This document shows, piece by piece, positions 1 to 15,112 of a stretch of 64,000 nucleotides of DNA. This stretch comes from the human T2T-CHM13v2.0 reference genome, Homo sapiens. How positions within the stretch are numbered: position 1 is the stretch's first letter; every line of letters starts with the position of its first letter. The position numbers were made by a program, and so were the translations under genes. The notes under the pieces were generated by a model. The model was not told the origin of the DNA. It saw only the letters and a program-made list of their open reading frames with translations, and made no database searches. The stretch is from NCBI RefSeq assembly GCF_009914755.1, contig NC_060947.1; one strand, written 5' to 3'.

Positions 1-406
<406 letters not shown>

Positions 407-453
407 TTAATTTCAGCTATTCTGTATTCCTTAGTTTTAAGAATACAAAATAG

Positions 454-806
<353 letters not shown>

Positions 807-1016
807 TTATATTTGTTGTAACTACCATTAGGAATTCATTTTGCCATCTTATTTCCCATTTTCTACTAACTGTAATTTCTTTTTGTTTTCTTTTTTTCAG
901 ACTATTGACAATATCAAATGTCTCTCTGCTAGTTTATAAGCTACAAATTCTAAGTTTATTCTTCTGGTGATTACCTATACCGTCAATCAATTTGTTAAAC
1001 TTATCAATACCTATAC

Positions 1017-1697
1017 TGTGGCAGCTCGTATTTTCCAAAGATGGTCCCAGCAATATCCCCCGTGTCAATACTATTCTATGTCCCACAATCGTATTCTACA
1101 ATGGCATATTGACACTCCTCCCATCCAGACAGAGTTAGGGGTGGAGGGTCTATATCCTCTGCCTTAACTCTGGGCAGACTTGTGATTTGAGTGTAACTTG
1201 AATGCATTGTAAGTGACACTCAATGACTTCCAAGGCTAGGTCCAAAAAGGCGACACAACTTCTACCTTGCTTGTTGGATCATTGGTGCTGGAGCCCTGAA
1301 CCACCATTTTTAAAGTCCAACTATCCTGAGGCTGCCATGCTATAAATAGCCCAAATAGCCCACGTAGAGAGGCCAATTAGAGAGGCCCTGAGACCGTGTG
1401 AAGAGAGAAGAATGCCCAACCAGCCCTCAGTTGCTACAGTTCCCTGTTGTTTCAGCTCGACAACAACAGGCGGCTGTAGCAATGGGGGGCTGGATGGGCA
1501 TCTCAATGTGCTTCTCCCACATTGCTTCAGCCACAGTCTAATTGTAACCACATGAGAGACTCCAAGCCAGAACCACTCAGTTAAGCCCTTCCAGAATTCC
1601 TGACCCACAGAAATCATGAGAGATAATAAAATGATTGTGGTTATTTTAAGCCACTAAATTTTAGAGTAATTTTTATATGGACATAACAACTGAAATA
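1017..1697 (+). mobile_element. MaLR LTR (MLT1G/H-like)
   Basis: TGTGGCAG...AAAGATGG start; TTTTAAGCCACTAAATTTTAG...AACTGAAATA end. Confidence 0.8.
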
Positions 1698-1814
1698 GAT
1701 ACATTTGCCTTAGAACAAGAAAAGTACTATATAGCATGTTCTAGCATCCTTCTCGTTTCTACCCACACTGCTACTGTGTTGATGTCCCTAGAATTTTGCT
1801 CTGGATTGATATGA

Positions 1815-2183
<369 letters not shown>

Positions 2184-2485
2184 TAGAGCAATATGCATAC
2201 TAAGTTATGAAATCTATCCTGCTGAGGATTCTGAATCTATGTATCATAAATTCTGAAAAATTCCTAGCTATTATGTCATTGAACATTTCTTCTCCCACAT
2301 TGTCTTTATGCTTTCCCTCTGGAGCTCCAATTAGTTATATATGAGAATTTTTTATTCTATTCTCCATATCCTTTCACCTCCCTTTTCTTTGTTTCTCTGT
2401 GCTGCATTCTGGGTAATTCTTTGACATCACTCTCTGGTTCAATAATTTCTGTTTAACTTATATACTGAGATTTTTTATTTCAATG

Positions 2486-2489
<4 letters not shown>

Positions 2490-2534
<45 letters not shown>
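2490..2534. repeat. (TG)~22 microsatellite
   Basis: Perfect dinucleotide run. Confidence 0.98.
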
Positions 2535-2537
<3 letters not shown>

Positions 2538-2725
2538 GTTTTTTGACATTTCTTTTTTTTGTTTTGTTTTGTTTTGAGACAGAGTCTTGCTCTGCTGCCC
2601 AGCTTGAAGTGTAGTGGTGCAATCACATCTCATTGCAGCCTCAAGCTCCTGGGCTCAAGCTGTCCTCTTGCCTCAGCTTTCTAAGTAGCTAGGACTACAG
2701 ACTCACACTACCACACTCAGCTAAT

Positions 2726-2768
<43 letters not shown>

Positions 2769-2889
2769 TTGTAGAGACAGGGTCTTGCTATGTTGCCCAC
2801 ACTTGTCTCAAACTTCTGGCTTCAAGCAGTCTTCCCATCTCAGCTTCCCAACGCTCCAGGAATATAGGTGTGAGCCACCATGCCCAACC
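2535..2889 (-). mobile_element. AluJ with (TTTA)n expansion in the linker
   Basis: Antisense Alu; (ATTT)n at ~2724-2770. Confidence 0.9.
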
Positions 2890-3000
2890 TCAGTGACTAT
2901 ATTTTTTTATTTCTAGAAGTTCAATTTAGTTTCTTTTAAAAATATACATGCATGTTCCTTTTCATAGTGTCTGTTTTTTCCTTTATGTTTTCATTGTTTA

Positions 3001-3296
<296 letters not shown>

Positions 3297-3544
3297 GCAA
3301 ATTTTATGGTCTCTAATAGATTGTTTCATTATCTGAAGTTCTTGAGTGTCTAATCCTGCTGTCTCTTGCTCATAGTGAAATCTTTTTTCAACTGTTTTAT
3401 ATTTTTGAATTGTGAGCTCATCATAAACACGGCTTTATGTGTAGGAATTTTGTGAGGCCTGATTAATGGGGTCTCCTGTGAAGTTTCGTTTTTGTTTTTG
3501 CCAAGCTGTCCAGAGGTTTCACTATCATTTTTATAATAATTTAT

Positions 3545-3850
3545 GGCTGGGCACGGTGGCTCACACCTGTAATCCCAGCACTTTGGGAGGCCAAGGCGGG
3601 TGGATCACGAGGTCAGGAGTTCAAGACCAGCCTGGCCAAGATGGCGAAACCCTGTCTCTACTAAAAATACAAAAATTAGCTGGGCATGGTGGTGGGTGCC
3701 TGTAATCCCAGCTACTCGGGAAGCTGAGGCAGAGAATTACTTGAACCTGGGAGGCAGAGGTTGCAGTGAGCCGAGATTGTGCCACTGCACTCCAGCCTGG
3801 GCGACAGAGCAAGACTCTGTCTCAAAAATAAATAAATAAATAAAATAAAA
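3545..3850 (+). mobile_element. AluS (Sg-like)
   Basis: GGATCACGAGGTCAGGAGTTC...GGCCAAGATGG; (TAAA)n tail. Confidence 0.92.
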
Positions 3851-4744
3851 TTTCTGAGCTTGGGGCTCCAGCACCACATAAGGAATATATATTTAATTCC
3901 AAACCCTCATAAGATATAGTTCAAAAATTTCTCAGGAGACATTTTTTTTTCCCACTTGGAGCCTAGACCATGACAGACAAACCCCTCTGGGTCAATGGGC
4001 AGATTTTTTTCTAATCTACCCTCACACAGAGGTTTCCACTTTTACAGAATGTATGTATCACATGTCCAACTTTTTTGCCTTACAGGGACCCAAAGCATCA
4101 ACTCTTTGTCACCCCCCCACCCACCCCTCCCACGACCTCAAGTGGACATTAAATGGTCTAAGGACCTAGAGTACAGAATCATTGTCTCTCCCCATGTGTC
4201 CCCACCCTAAAACAGTCACATAATCATTCACAAGCTCACTGCCCTAGTTTTCAGTACCTTTTTCATTCACAGCCCGTCAATTTCCTGTGTGCTCATCTAT
4301 TCATTCAAATAAATATTCGTTTATTTCTAGATAACTGAGGAAAATGGGTTTTCAGGTTATCTTGATCACAGTATTTCCAGAACTAGAAGCAAAAATGTAT
4401 TTATATAAGCAAATATGAAATCCACCAGTTTCTGAGATTTCTGGCCGTGATACTGATATTCTTTACTTAAGTATCTCTGACAGATAAATGTACTGGTTTA
4501 CATTTGTGCACATATTTTTAAACATTGCAATCATAAGGGCTAGCCACTGCCCTAAGTTTCACTATATGCGATAGTAAAACTCCTGGCAGAATGTTTGGCC
4601 TGCTGAATGGAATTGTTCCTTCATAATTAGAACTCTGTCTTAGTATCTCTTCTGTTGGTCTCTACCTAAAAATACTCTTGCCTTTATATTTCAGTAGTAC
4701 TATTAAGTCATTAACCAGAGAGGTAATTCTGAGTATGAGAAAAA

Positions 4745-4875
4745 CATATATGGGCTTTGGATTCAGGAAGACATGGCTCTGTTTTGCTTCCCAGCTGGGT
4801 GTCCTTGGGCAATTAGTTCTATCTGAGCCTCAATTTCCCCATCTGTAAACTGAGGATGATGATACCTATTTTAAC
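4745..4875 (+). mobile_element. MIR
   Basis: CCTTGGGCAATTAG...CTGAGCCTCAATTTCCCCATCTGTAAA core. Confidence 0.8.
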
Positions 4876-4950
4876 TGTATATTAGTCAGGGTTCTGCAGA
4901 AAGACAGAACCAAAAGGATACATAGATAGATAGACAGACAGATAGATACG

Positions 4951-4997
<47 letters not shown>

Positions 4998-5503
4998 GAA
5001 GATATTTATTAGGGGAATTGGCTCACACAATTATGGAGGAAGCAAAATCGCATGATAGGCCATCTGCAAGCTGGAGAACAAGGGAGGCTAGTAACATGGC
5101 TCAGTCCAAGTCCAAAGGCCTGAGAACTAGGGAAGCTGATGGTATAACTCTCAGTCCAAGGCCTAAGGCCTGAATAGGGGAGGCCACTGGTGCAAGTCCT
5201 GGGGTCCAAAGGTCAGAGAGCCTGGAGTTCTTATGTCCAAGGGTAGAAGAAGAAGGGTGTTTCCAATTCCAGGAGAGAGATGGGGCAAATTCACCTTTCC
5301 TCTGCCTTTTTATTCCATCTGGGTCCCCAGCTGATTGGATGGTGCCTGTCCATGTTGAGGACAGATCTTTCCCACTCAGTTCATCGTTCACATGCCCATC
5401 TCCTCCAGAAACACCCTCATAGAAACACTCAAAAATAGTGCCTTACCAGCTTTGTAAGTATCTCTGAAAGTAGTTAGGTTGACACCAAAAATTAACCATC
5501 ACA
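4876..5503 (-). mobile_element. ERVL solo LTR (MLT2 family)
   Basis: ATTAGTCAGGGTTCTGCAGAAAGACAGAACC start and AAAATTAACCATCACA end. Confidence 0.88.
4923..4996. repeat. (GATA/GACA)n compound tetranucleotide STR
   Basis: 11 perfect TAGA units at 4951-4994 preceded by TAGA/CAGA units. Confidence 0.97.
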
Positions 5504-5919
5504 AAAGGGTTGAGGTTAGAATTAGAAGATAATGTCTATAAAGTACCCTTCAAGAAATAGGTTCTTCAAGTATTATTTAATCCACTTTTGAGTTCTTTTC
5601 TTTTAACTACATAAGTATGCCACTTTGACATCATCCACAATGACTAAGAGGGTATTCCTTCAATTATGAGTTCCTTTATCTCACTGGTCACCACTTATTT
5701 CATTTTCTTAACATTAACAAAATTCCCCTTTTTATATGTTTTTGGTAATTTAAGGAGCAGTCGTGTTAACTTGAATTGCCTTAACAAAACCTCTATACCC
5801 AATAAATGTGCCTTCTTTCAGCCGTAAAGTTGATCATGGCTTTATCCTCATGTTTGTTGCTAGGATGATATAAGTAGGAAAGGCAAGTTCAGATGTAAGT
5901 ATCTAGTTGGAAAATACCT

Positions 5920-6078
5920 GATTCAGAGGCTGTCAGAGCTGAAAGGGACCTTAGAAATCTCCAAAACGAGGAGTCTAAGGGACAGTGAAGAAAGCTGAAC
6001 TTCCCAGGGTCACCCAACCACTGAGCAACAGAGCTGAGATCAAAAGCCAGACTTTCTGATGCCAGGAGCAGGGCTCTA
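5920..6078 (-). mobile_element. MIR (MIRc/MIR3-like)
   Basis: AAGGGACCTTAGA...AACTTCCCAGGGTCACCCA...CAGAGCTGAGATC. Confidence 0.7.
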
Positions 6079-7209
6079 ACTGGAGTCATTTTCATGACCA
6101 AACGACAGAATTTGCAACTAACCTTTCGGTTGGATCATTTTGTCATCTGGAAGCAAGCCAGATCATCATTGTTAATAATTCCCCTTCCACTTTGTTTCAG
6201 TGGCTCTTTAAACCTATCAATTGTAGTTTTCCAGGGAGCCTTATGACTCAGCATACACAGTAGAGTTGAATAACTGTGTGCTCAATGAAATAATGAAGAA
6301 CTATCTGACATTATGTGCCATGAATTCTAAGCCTGAATAGAACCCTTTTACATTCTGGATTTCTGTTAGAAGTGGTCCTTATTATTCTTCTGGCATTGCT
6401 ATTTGTATATGTTTTTAATATTTTCCCCACTCAATAACTGAAAACATGCCTTCCTTTCATTCCTGGGTGGTTAATCCCTCTCAGACACAGGAAATTGGCA
6501 ACCTTTCCATGATGAGTGGTCATCTCCAGACTGTACTCTAAGTGGTGACCACCCAATTGAGTGATGAATGCCATTTGTCAACAAGGAAACAGGCTGGGGC
6601 AGGGGTGAAAGGGGAGGCTCAGTGGAGATCCATTACTTCTATGAGAAAATTCAAATGTTTTATCTTACCAACAGTGGGTCGGGAATGTGCTGGATCTAGA
6701 AAGAGATGTATAGTCTCCTGGAGCTCAGCCAGATCCTGCAAGGGTCTTGAGCAGAATGGGAGGCTGAGGGTTAGTGAAAGCATGTGTCCTAGACTTTGGG
6801 AACAGCATCACTGTTACGGAACATGGCAGCAGGAAGGTACGAGGCCCATCAGCTCTGGTGATCTAGGTGGGCGGGGGTGGGCACCAACACTGATGCATCT
6901 TTGAGGTCTGACTGATGGGTTTGATCTAGCCATTGTTTGGGGTGATGTCCTGAAATCAGGTGGACCTTCCTCTAAAGTGAAGGGCAGTGTGTCCTTCAAA
7001 GCTTGGAGCTGAAATGTGGGACCCCATAGGATTGGGCTGGGTCTGGCAGCTCACCATCAGACTATGTCATATGGAAATAGCTGTGCCATGGAGGTCCCTG
7101 GCACAAAATAAATTATTCTCTCCTTGAGCCTTGAACCTTGACCGTGTCCACTTGAGACTTTTGGGCCACAAAACTCAATCCATTCACAACAGCCCTAACC
7201 TGGAAGGTA

Positions 7210-7832
7210 ATACAGAGAGCTAGTTATTCCACCAAAATTTGTGTCCCCCGCTTTGCATAATATAGAGTTGTCATTGATACACAGTTGTGCAACCAGAGAC
7301 TACATTTCCCAGCCATGTGACTAGTTCTCTCATCTATTGAATGAGAGAGAAAATGATGTTTATCACTCCCAGACTAAGGCATTTAAGAAGTACACCTGCT
7401 TGCCTCATCTCTGTTCTCTCTTTCCTTTTCTTTTAGACTGGAAACTGTGGACACTCAAGTCCTAAGGCAGTGGTTCTCAGTGTGGTCCCTGGGCCAGCAG
7501 TGTCTGCAACATCTGTTAATTCATTAGAAATGCACATTCTTACATCCCACTCCAGACTTACTAAATCAAACATTCTGGGGGTGGGGCCCAATCTGTTTTA
7601 ACAAGCCCTCCAGGGGATTCCGTTGCTCACTAAAGTTTGAGAACTACTGTCGCTAGCTGATAGCAGAGCCACAAGAGAGAACTCTGAGTTCCTGAATCAC
7701 CACATAGAAGACAGCCATATACCACCCAGAAAGATCTGCATCAGACTTTTCTATAAAATAGAAATAAAATTTGGTTGTGTTAAGACCCTGAAATTTGAGG
7801 GTTTATTTTTTGCAGCAGGCAAGATTAATACA
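7210..7832 (+). mobile_element. MLT1J-like LTR interrupted by MER5A
   Basis: GACTACATTTCCCAGCC...ATGTGACTAGTTCT; 3' TGTGTTAAG...GAAATTTGAGGG...TAATACA. Confidence 0.7.
7468..7649. mobile_element. MER5A (hAT-Charlie MITE)
   Basis: TIRs CAGTGGTTCTCA...TGAGAACTACTG; internal TTAGAAATGCA and TTTAACAAGCCCTCCAGG. Confidence 0.9.
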
Positions 7833-8322
7833 GGCTGGAAGTCCAAACCTATCCCAAACACAATCGCAATATGGGGGGAGTGCTGAATATCACTGGACTC
7901 CTGACACTTAACAGGGGGTACAGAAGTGTCTTAATATAGCTACAGTTAGTGGTGGCAACAGTGGGAATCGAAGATCAGAATGTAGAGGCCACAATGGTGG
8001 ATCATGCTGCTCAAACTAGCAGGCCTCAAGCATCACCAGGAAGAGTAAGAGACATGGCTAATGCTGAATGTATGTATCTCCCTGGGATCCTCTGCCAGTC
8101 TCACACGAATGATTTTCACAGGAAACAAGACAGACGCCAAGGACCATCTGCCAATTGTCAGCTGACTATCCAGCGATATAACCACCACCACTGGCAGACC
8201 AGGACAAGGTCCAGGAATTTTCCAGTGCCCATGAATCTACCAACACCTGGGTCTGAAACAGCTACTATCATGCTACGGGCCTCACTAGATTAGCTTCAGA
8301 AACACCTGCAAGAATGCAGGGC

Positions 8323-8930
8323 CCGGTAGGCAGAATTTTTAGATGATCCCCAGCTCCCAGTGACTCTTGCCTTTGTATAATCCCCTCTCCTCTGAGAACC
8401 TCTGAATATGATGAAATATCACTCCCATAATCATGTTACATTATATGGCAAAAGTGAGATCATCGTGGGTGGGCTTGACCTTATTATGTGAGCCCTGTAA
8501 AAGCCGAGAGTTTTCTCTGGCTACTGGCAGAAGAGGAAGGCAGAGTGACATGCTCCAGGAGGCCTAGAAGAAAGCAAGCAACCCTGTGGGCTGCCTATGG
8601 GGGCCACATGACAAGGAACTACGAGTGGCTTCTGGAAGCTGAAAGCAGTCCCCAGCCAATAGCTTTCCAGAAAATGGAGCCCCAGCCCTACAACTCCAAG
8701 GAACTGAATTCTGCCAACAACCAGTGAGCTTGGAAGAGGGTCCCAAGCCTCAGATGAGAACCACAGCCCCAACAAACACCTTGATGTCGGCCCAATGAGA
8801 CCTTGAGCAGAAAATCCAGTGACATCATGCCAGGACTTCAGATCTACATAACTGTGAGATAATAAATTGGAGGTGTTTTAAGCATCTAAGTTGGTGGCAA
8901 TTTGTTAAGCAGCAATGGAAAATTAATACA
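8323..8930 (+). mobile_element. MLT1E-like LTR
   Basis: GGTAGGCAGAAT...GTTACATTATATGGCAAAA...GGAACTGAATTCTGCCAACAACC...GCAGCAATGGAAAATTAATACA. Confidence 0.85.
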
Positions 8931-8944
8931 CAGGATACCATGAG

Positions 8945-9385
8945 TCTGCCAGGGCAGCAGACACTGCCCATGCTTGGCTCTGACCCCCTCAGATCCCTTT
9001 GCTGACATCTGTGTGTCCTCCCCCATCTTCTGTGTGCTTTTAGTTCTAACAGCCCACACCTGCGATTCTCTTTAGCCAGCTGGCTTGGGGCTTCTAGAGC
9101 CACTTTACCCACTTTGTGCGGAGCTGGAAGTGCCTGGGAGTTTATGCTCCCCTAGGGAGACACTTAGTCAAAGAGCAAATGGCATGGGAGCATAAAATCC
9201 AGCTTCCCTGCCTCAAGTTGGGCTAAACTCAGAGGTATAACTCATGCTCCAGTGCTGCCCTGTGGGATCAGGTTAAGGCTGAGACTTGGCCCCAGATTGT
9301 GCCTTGCCTGGTTCCCTAGGCTTCCCTGCCCTGCTTCCCCAACCCCCTCACCAGTCTCCCCTGGGAGCCTCACCTAAGCAATCCT
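8945..9385 (+). mobile_element. ERVL LTR (LTR16 group)
   Basis: GCTGGAAGTGCCTGGGAGTTTATG...CCAGCTTCCCTGCC...CCCTGTGGGATCAGG. Confidence 0.65.
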
Positions 9386-10177
9386 TTACCCCTTTCCCTC
9401 TCTGACCTCCCTCTCTCGGATGAAGGAAGAATCAGGTGAGATGATGTATGTGATGGCACTTTGGAACTGCCAAGTAGCCCCCCGTGTGAATTCCCTGATG
9501 TGCAGCTCTGCCTCTACCCTCCTCCTTAAATAGCAGTGTAGCAGAGTGAGGTGATTATCTGAGTGTCTGGTAATGGAGTTCCTTTCAGGGAGGAAATAGT
9601 CTTTGTTTAGGAAAATACCTTGAATGGGCAGGGGAGGCTCTAAAGGTATGCTTTAGAGGGAGACCACTAAATGAGGTCAATAAAATGCCTGTGCGTAAGG
9701 AAAGAACAGGAGAGGAGAGGAGAGGTGGGCTGGTGGGAGAGGAAGCAGTCAACAGGCACCCATCGAGGAAGGTGGCTGGTGAGGAATGCACAGTGGTGTG
9801 GTGAAGGGAGAATACAGACCATCAGCCATCCTTGCTCTGCCAAGTTATCTTGCTTATGTGACTCTGATGTAAATCTCCACCCCAATCGGCATAAGCTCGA
9901 ACCTCAGAAAGTCAACTGTATGCACAGTTGCCCTGTAGGAGCGGCTTTGAGGAAAATCAGGCTCCCGTTCTTGGCCACCCAGGAGCAGGGGAAGAGGACA
10001 CCTAGATGTCATTCCAGGTTCTGGTGGTATATGCCAGCTGCAGACTGGCAGGCTACATCGGCAGCCCACAGGCCAAGTGTCAGTCTCAGCATGGCCTTAC
10101 CTGAACTCACCATCTCTCCCTCCCAAGCCCCATCCCACTACAGGGACTCCAGTACTCCCACTGCCCATTCACAAACT

Positions 10178-10990
<813 letters not shown>

Positions 10991-11150
10991 AAGCCTCAAG
11001 CTCTGCCAGCTCCTCCTCACCCTTATCCCTCTCATTCCCTCTCTCCCACCTAACTCCTGGGGATCTGCTATCACTGCTCCTGCCTTCTCATTCTTAGCCA
11101 CTGCTGAAGCTCAGTCCCTCATTCTCTCTCTCCTAGAAACAATAACTTTC

Positions 11151-11540
11151 TGTTATGGACTGAATTTTGTCCACTCTGCCCCCTAAAAGTCATATGCTGA
11201 AGCCCTGAGCCCCAGTGTGACTAGTTTGGAGATGGTGCCTTTAAGGAGGCAATTAGCGTTAACGGAGATCATAAGGGTGGGGCCCAAATTCAATAGGATT
11301 GGTGTCCTTATAAGAACAGGAAGAGATGCTAAAGCTCACTCTCTCTCTTCCCACAGGCACACAGCCATGTGAAGACACAGCAAGAAGGCAGCTGTCTACA
11401 AGCCAGGGAGAGAGGCCTCACCCTAAACCACCCCTGCCAGCATTTTCATCTTGGACTTCAAGCCTCCAGAACTGTGAGAGAATAAATATTTGTTCTTTAA
11501 ACCACCTGTGGTATTTTGTTATGGCAGCTGACCAATACAT
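11151..11540 (+). mobile_element. MLT1A-like LTR
   Basis: TGTTATGGACTGAATT...GGACTTCAAGCCTCCAGAACTGTGAGAG...GTGGTATTTTGTTATGGCAGC. Confidence 0.88.
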
Positions 11541-11686
11541 TTATCTACTGATCACCCCACCTCTGATTTTACTCCCTCCCACTGTGATCAGAGTGATCTT
11601 TCTGAAAGGCAAACCCACCCTGTCTCTCCCTAGAGCAAACATTTTTGAGAGCTCCTCAGCACCTCCAAGATCAAACAGAGATCCTT

Positions 11687-11820
11687 GGCTGGGTGCCGTG
11701 GTTTATGCCTGTAATCCTAGCACTTTGGGAGGCTGAAGCTGGGGGACTGCTTGAGGCCAGGAGTTCAAGACCAACCTGGCCAACATAGCAAAACCCTGTC
11801 TCTAATTTAAAAAACAAACA
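11687..11820 (+). mobile_element. FLAM / Alu monomer
   Basis: Left monomer with TSD AACAGAGATCCTT on both sides. Confidence 0.9.
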
Positions 11821-12226
11821 ACAGAGATCCTTGACATTGGCCCCAATGTCCTCCATGCCCTGTGCACTTATCCAACCTTGCTCTTAACATTTTCTGGCTT
11901 GCTCTCAGTATTCTGGCCACCTCAATCAAACACGCCATCTCTTTATTTATTTTAGCTTCCCAACTATGCCATCTCTCTGCCACTGCAATACTATTCCTGC
12001 CTCCTCAAATGCCTTTCTCCCCGCTGTCCCCTGACAAATCCCTGCTCCTCCATCAATGATTCCTGCCTCACCCTTGACTGCTGCAGCCAGAGTCAATTCC
12101 ACCTCCCTGTTTGTCATGACCCCAACCTGGCTTCTAACTTCTTCTGTAGCACAGGCTTATATCAGGCTTGTCCTCTACCTGTCTGCCTGCTCCTCTATGT
12201 ATCCCAAGCATCAAGACCAGAGTCTG

Positions 12227-12385
12227 GGCCAAACACAGTGGCTCATGCCTGTAATCTCAGCACTTTGGGAGGCCCAGGTGGGAGGATCACTTGAGTCCAG
12301 GAATTTGAGGCTGCAGTGAGCCATGATCACAGCACCACACTCTAGCCTGGGTGACACAGCAAGATCTTGTCAAAAAAAAAAAAAA
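12227..12385 (+). mobile_element. Alu monomer (FAM/FRAM-like) inside L2 remnants
   Basis: Single 7SL-derived arm with poly(A); followed by the L2 3' motif GACACATAGTAGATGCTCA. Confidence 0.8.
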
Positions 12386-12549
12386 GTGTCTGACACATAG
12401 TAGATGCTCACATATTTACTAAATCAATAAGAGAAAGAAGGAATAAAGAATTATTATTTCATACGTCACTGAGTATTACGATAGAAAGAAACATTAAAGA
12501 TAATATGGTTCAAGTTCCGTATTTTACAGAAAAGAAAAATGTAGTGACT

Positions 12550-12999
12550 ATCAACGCTCCACTCTTCCATTCTTCTGCTTTCCCGTTCTGGTGAAGATCA
12601 GCCTGAGTTCCCACTGCCAGGACTCATCTCTGCCTGGTGGCTTTCTCTGGCCCCTGGCACCTGCCCTGCCTATACTTGCAGCAGGCCAGAAATGCTAGGA
12701 ATTAATGTCTGCTGCTGCTCCAGGAGCAGCCCGCAACCAGTGACTGACAGGTGTTGGTGTATGAATACCCCAGCTCCCTCACCCCTTCATCAAAATGTCA
12801 CTGTGGCATGTTCTGCACTGTCTTCCAAAGATCCCCAGCAGGACCGACCTCCAGTTTCCCACAGTAGAAACTAGTTTGATAATTCCTCCTTTATTAATTT
12901 CCTTATCTTCCCTGCCATCCTGGGATTACTTCCCAAATAAATTGCTTGCATTTGAATTCTTGTTTCCAGGTGTCTTCTAGAGAAACCCAAGCTAAGACA
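12550..12999 (+). mobile_element. LTR16-type ERVL LTR
   Basis: ATGAATACCCCAGCTCCCTCACCCC...CCCAAATAAATTGCTTGCATTTGAATTC...AACCCAAGCTAAGACA. Confidence 0.8.
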
Positions 13000-13411
13000 G
13001 AGACTAAAGGACAAGGAATATGACCAAGGTCACACTGCTGTTCAATGCCAAAGCTGGGTCTATGTGCTGACTCCTGACTCCTTCTGCCAACAGCTCATTC
13101 TACTGCCCAGCACAGAGAACTTTCATGGTAATCCCAGGCCCAGGTTTGCATGAGAGCCTTTCCCTGTGGATTCAAAGAAAGAGGCCCCCTCACCCTTAGT
13201 GAGGGGCTGGGCCAAGCCTGCAATGTGAGTGCCAGGACTAGGGCCCCTTTCTTTTCCTTCACCACTGTGCTTCATCCAATTACTGGGTCCTTGCATTAGC
13301 ACTGCCCATCCCTGGGGCATTACTTCTAAACCATTTCTCACCACCTCCCTTTGGAGCCCCAAACGTTCACCTCCCAATACAGACAATTCCAGCTGAAAGA
13401 GACTTTCTTTT

Positions 13412-13769
13412 GTGTGTTAGTTGGACTGGGCTACTATAACAAAATACAATACACTGGGTGGCTTATGAACAACAGAAATGTATTTCTCACCATTCTGGAG
13501 GCTGAGAAGTCTGAGATCAAGGCACAGGCATATTTGGTATCTGATGAAGACCCGCTCCCTGGTTCATAGACGGTGGCTTCTTGCTGTGTCCTCACATCAA
13601 GGAAGAGGACCCGGGACCTCCCTGAGGTTTCTAAGGGCACTGATCCATTCATGAGAGCTCCACCCTCAAGATCTACTGATCTTGAGTCCTCACCTCCTAA
13701 TCCCATTCACCTTGGGGGTTGGGTTTCAACATATGAATTTTAGGGGGACACAAACATTCAGACCATAGC
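13412..13769 (-). mobile_element. MaLR LTR (MLT1A/MSTD-like)
   Basis: CTATAACAAAATAC...TTCTGGAGGCTGAGAAGTCTGAGATCAAGG...GACACAAACATTCAGACCATAGCA. Confidence 0.88.
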
Positions 13770-13974
13770 ATTTGGAGAACCCCAAAATGTTCCAGCTTCA
13801 CACCCAGCCCAGCCCTCGTCCCCACCCCTTTCCATTCAGGCTGAAGTGTATGGGAACACCGCACTGATTTCAATGAAGATGACAAATTCCAAGCCAAATA
13901 CAATGAGTCTTATATTTGAAAGCTCATTTCAAGCCCCTAGAGCTCTGGGGAACTGGCAGTAAAAATCTTTCATT

Positions 13975-14260
13975 CATACAGCATACACATACAACACAAA
14001 AAATACATAAACACAATGCCCATAGGCAACACACACACAACATACAACACACACAGTGCAAATCTGGAATGCACACAACACCTAAATCCCACCAACACAA
14101 CACACATACAATACAGGTAGTGCACATGACACATACAATGCATACAAATGTGACATATACAACATATAAACATAACATGCGCAACACACAGGGCACATGC
14201 AACCCACAAAACAAACACAACACACTTATACCACCCACTTGTCCACATACACACACACCA
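13975..14260. repeat. Degenerate CA-rich low-complexity tract
   Basis: CACA/CATA/CAA-rich; produces spurious His/Thr- and Cys/Val-rich ORFs. Confidence 0.9.
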
Positions 14261-15112
14261 CTTCTTTTCTTCCTGTCCCTTGCCCACCTGGGCAGGAGGC
14301 AACGTCTGAAGCAAGCATGGCACCAGCTATGATCTCGTCAACACATGCAGACTGCAAAAGGGTCAGGCTGAAGACAAGGTTATTCCAGTTCATTTCTACT
14401 CAGCATTTTAACTGACTTTCTCCTTTCTTTCTCATGCCTTGGTATTAATTAGCCCCAGGATTTAAGTCTGATGCATTAGGCAAAAACAATTCTAAATGCT
14501 TTTAGAGAAACAAATCCCAAATTAGCTGTGGCTGAACATGCATCTATCTGAAAGGCAGGCAGCGTGAACACTGACAGTGTAACAAACAGAAGAGAAGCCC
14601 CCTGAGAGGGAAGGCCAAAATCAGTGGTGTTTGTTGGCTGCCTGGTTCACAGCCTGGCCCTGGCACGAGCTGTGGGGCAGAAGCTCTTAGTCCACAGGAA
14701 GATGGGAAGGACCAAACAAGTTTTACATCCAGATTCCACATGAGAGAGTGACCGCAGTTCTCTCTCCTTTCCACATTACTCTCCCTGGCTTTCTCTTGTC
14801 TTTGGAATAACACTGCCTAGAAGCCTAGAGAGACCAATTCTAAGGCTGCTAGAGGCAAAATCCATCTCCAATTTCTCCCCGCTCCAAGCGGTAATCTCCC
14901 TCCAGCTGCCTGTCCTCCTCTGCAGTCCACAGGGTGGAGGGCTGGGCTAGACCACTGCAGGGGCTGTGGAACATAGCTCAAGGGCCTAACACCTCACATC
15001 ATGTTCTGTCTTTTCCCCTCAGTAAGACTTCCTTAAATGCAGGGATGTGGCACCTTGGTGGTTAGGGACACCAGACTTGCAAATGTTTTCTGTGTTCAGT
15101 TGCCTAACTGGT

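Noticed and set aside
13916-14332. His/Thr-rich and Cys/Val-rich ORFs resembling metal-binding proteins
   Set aside because: Translations of a degenerate CA repeat
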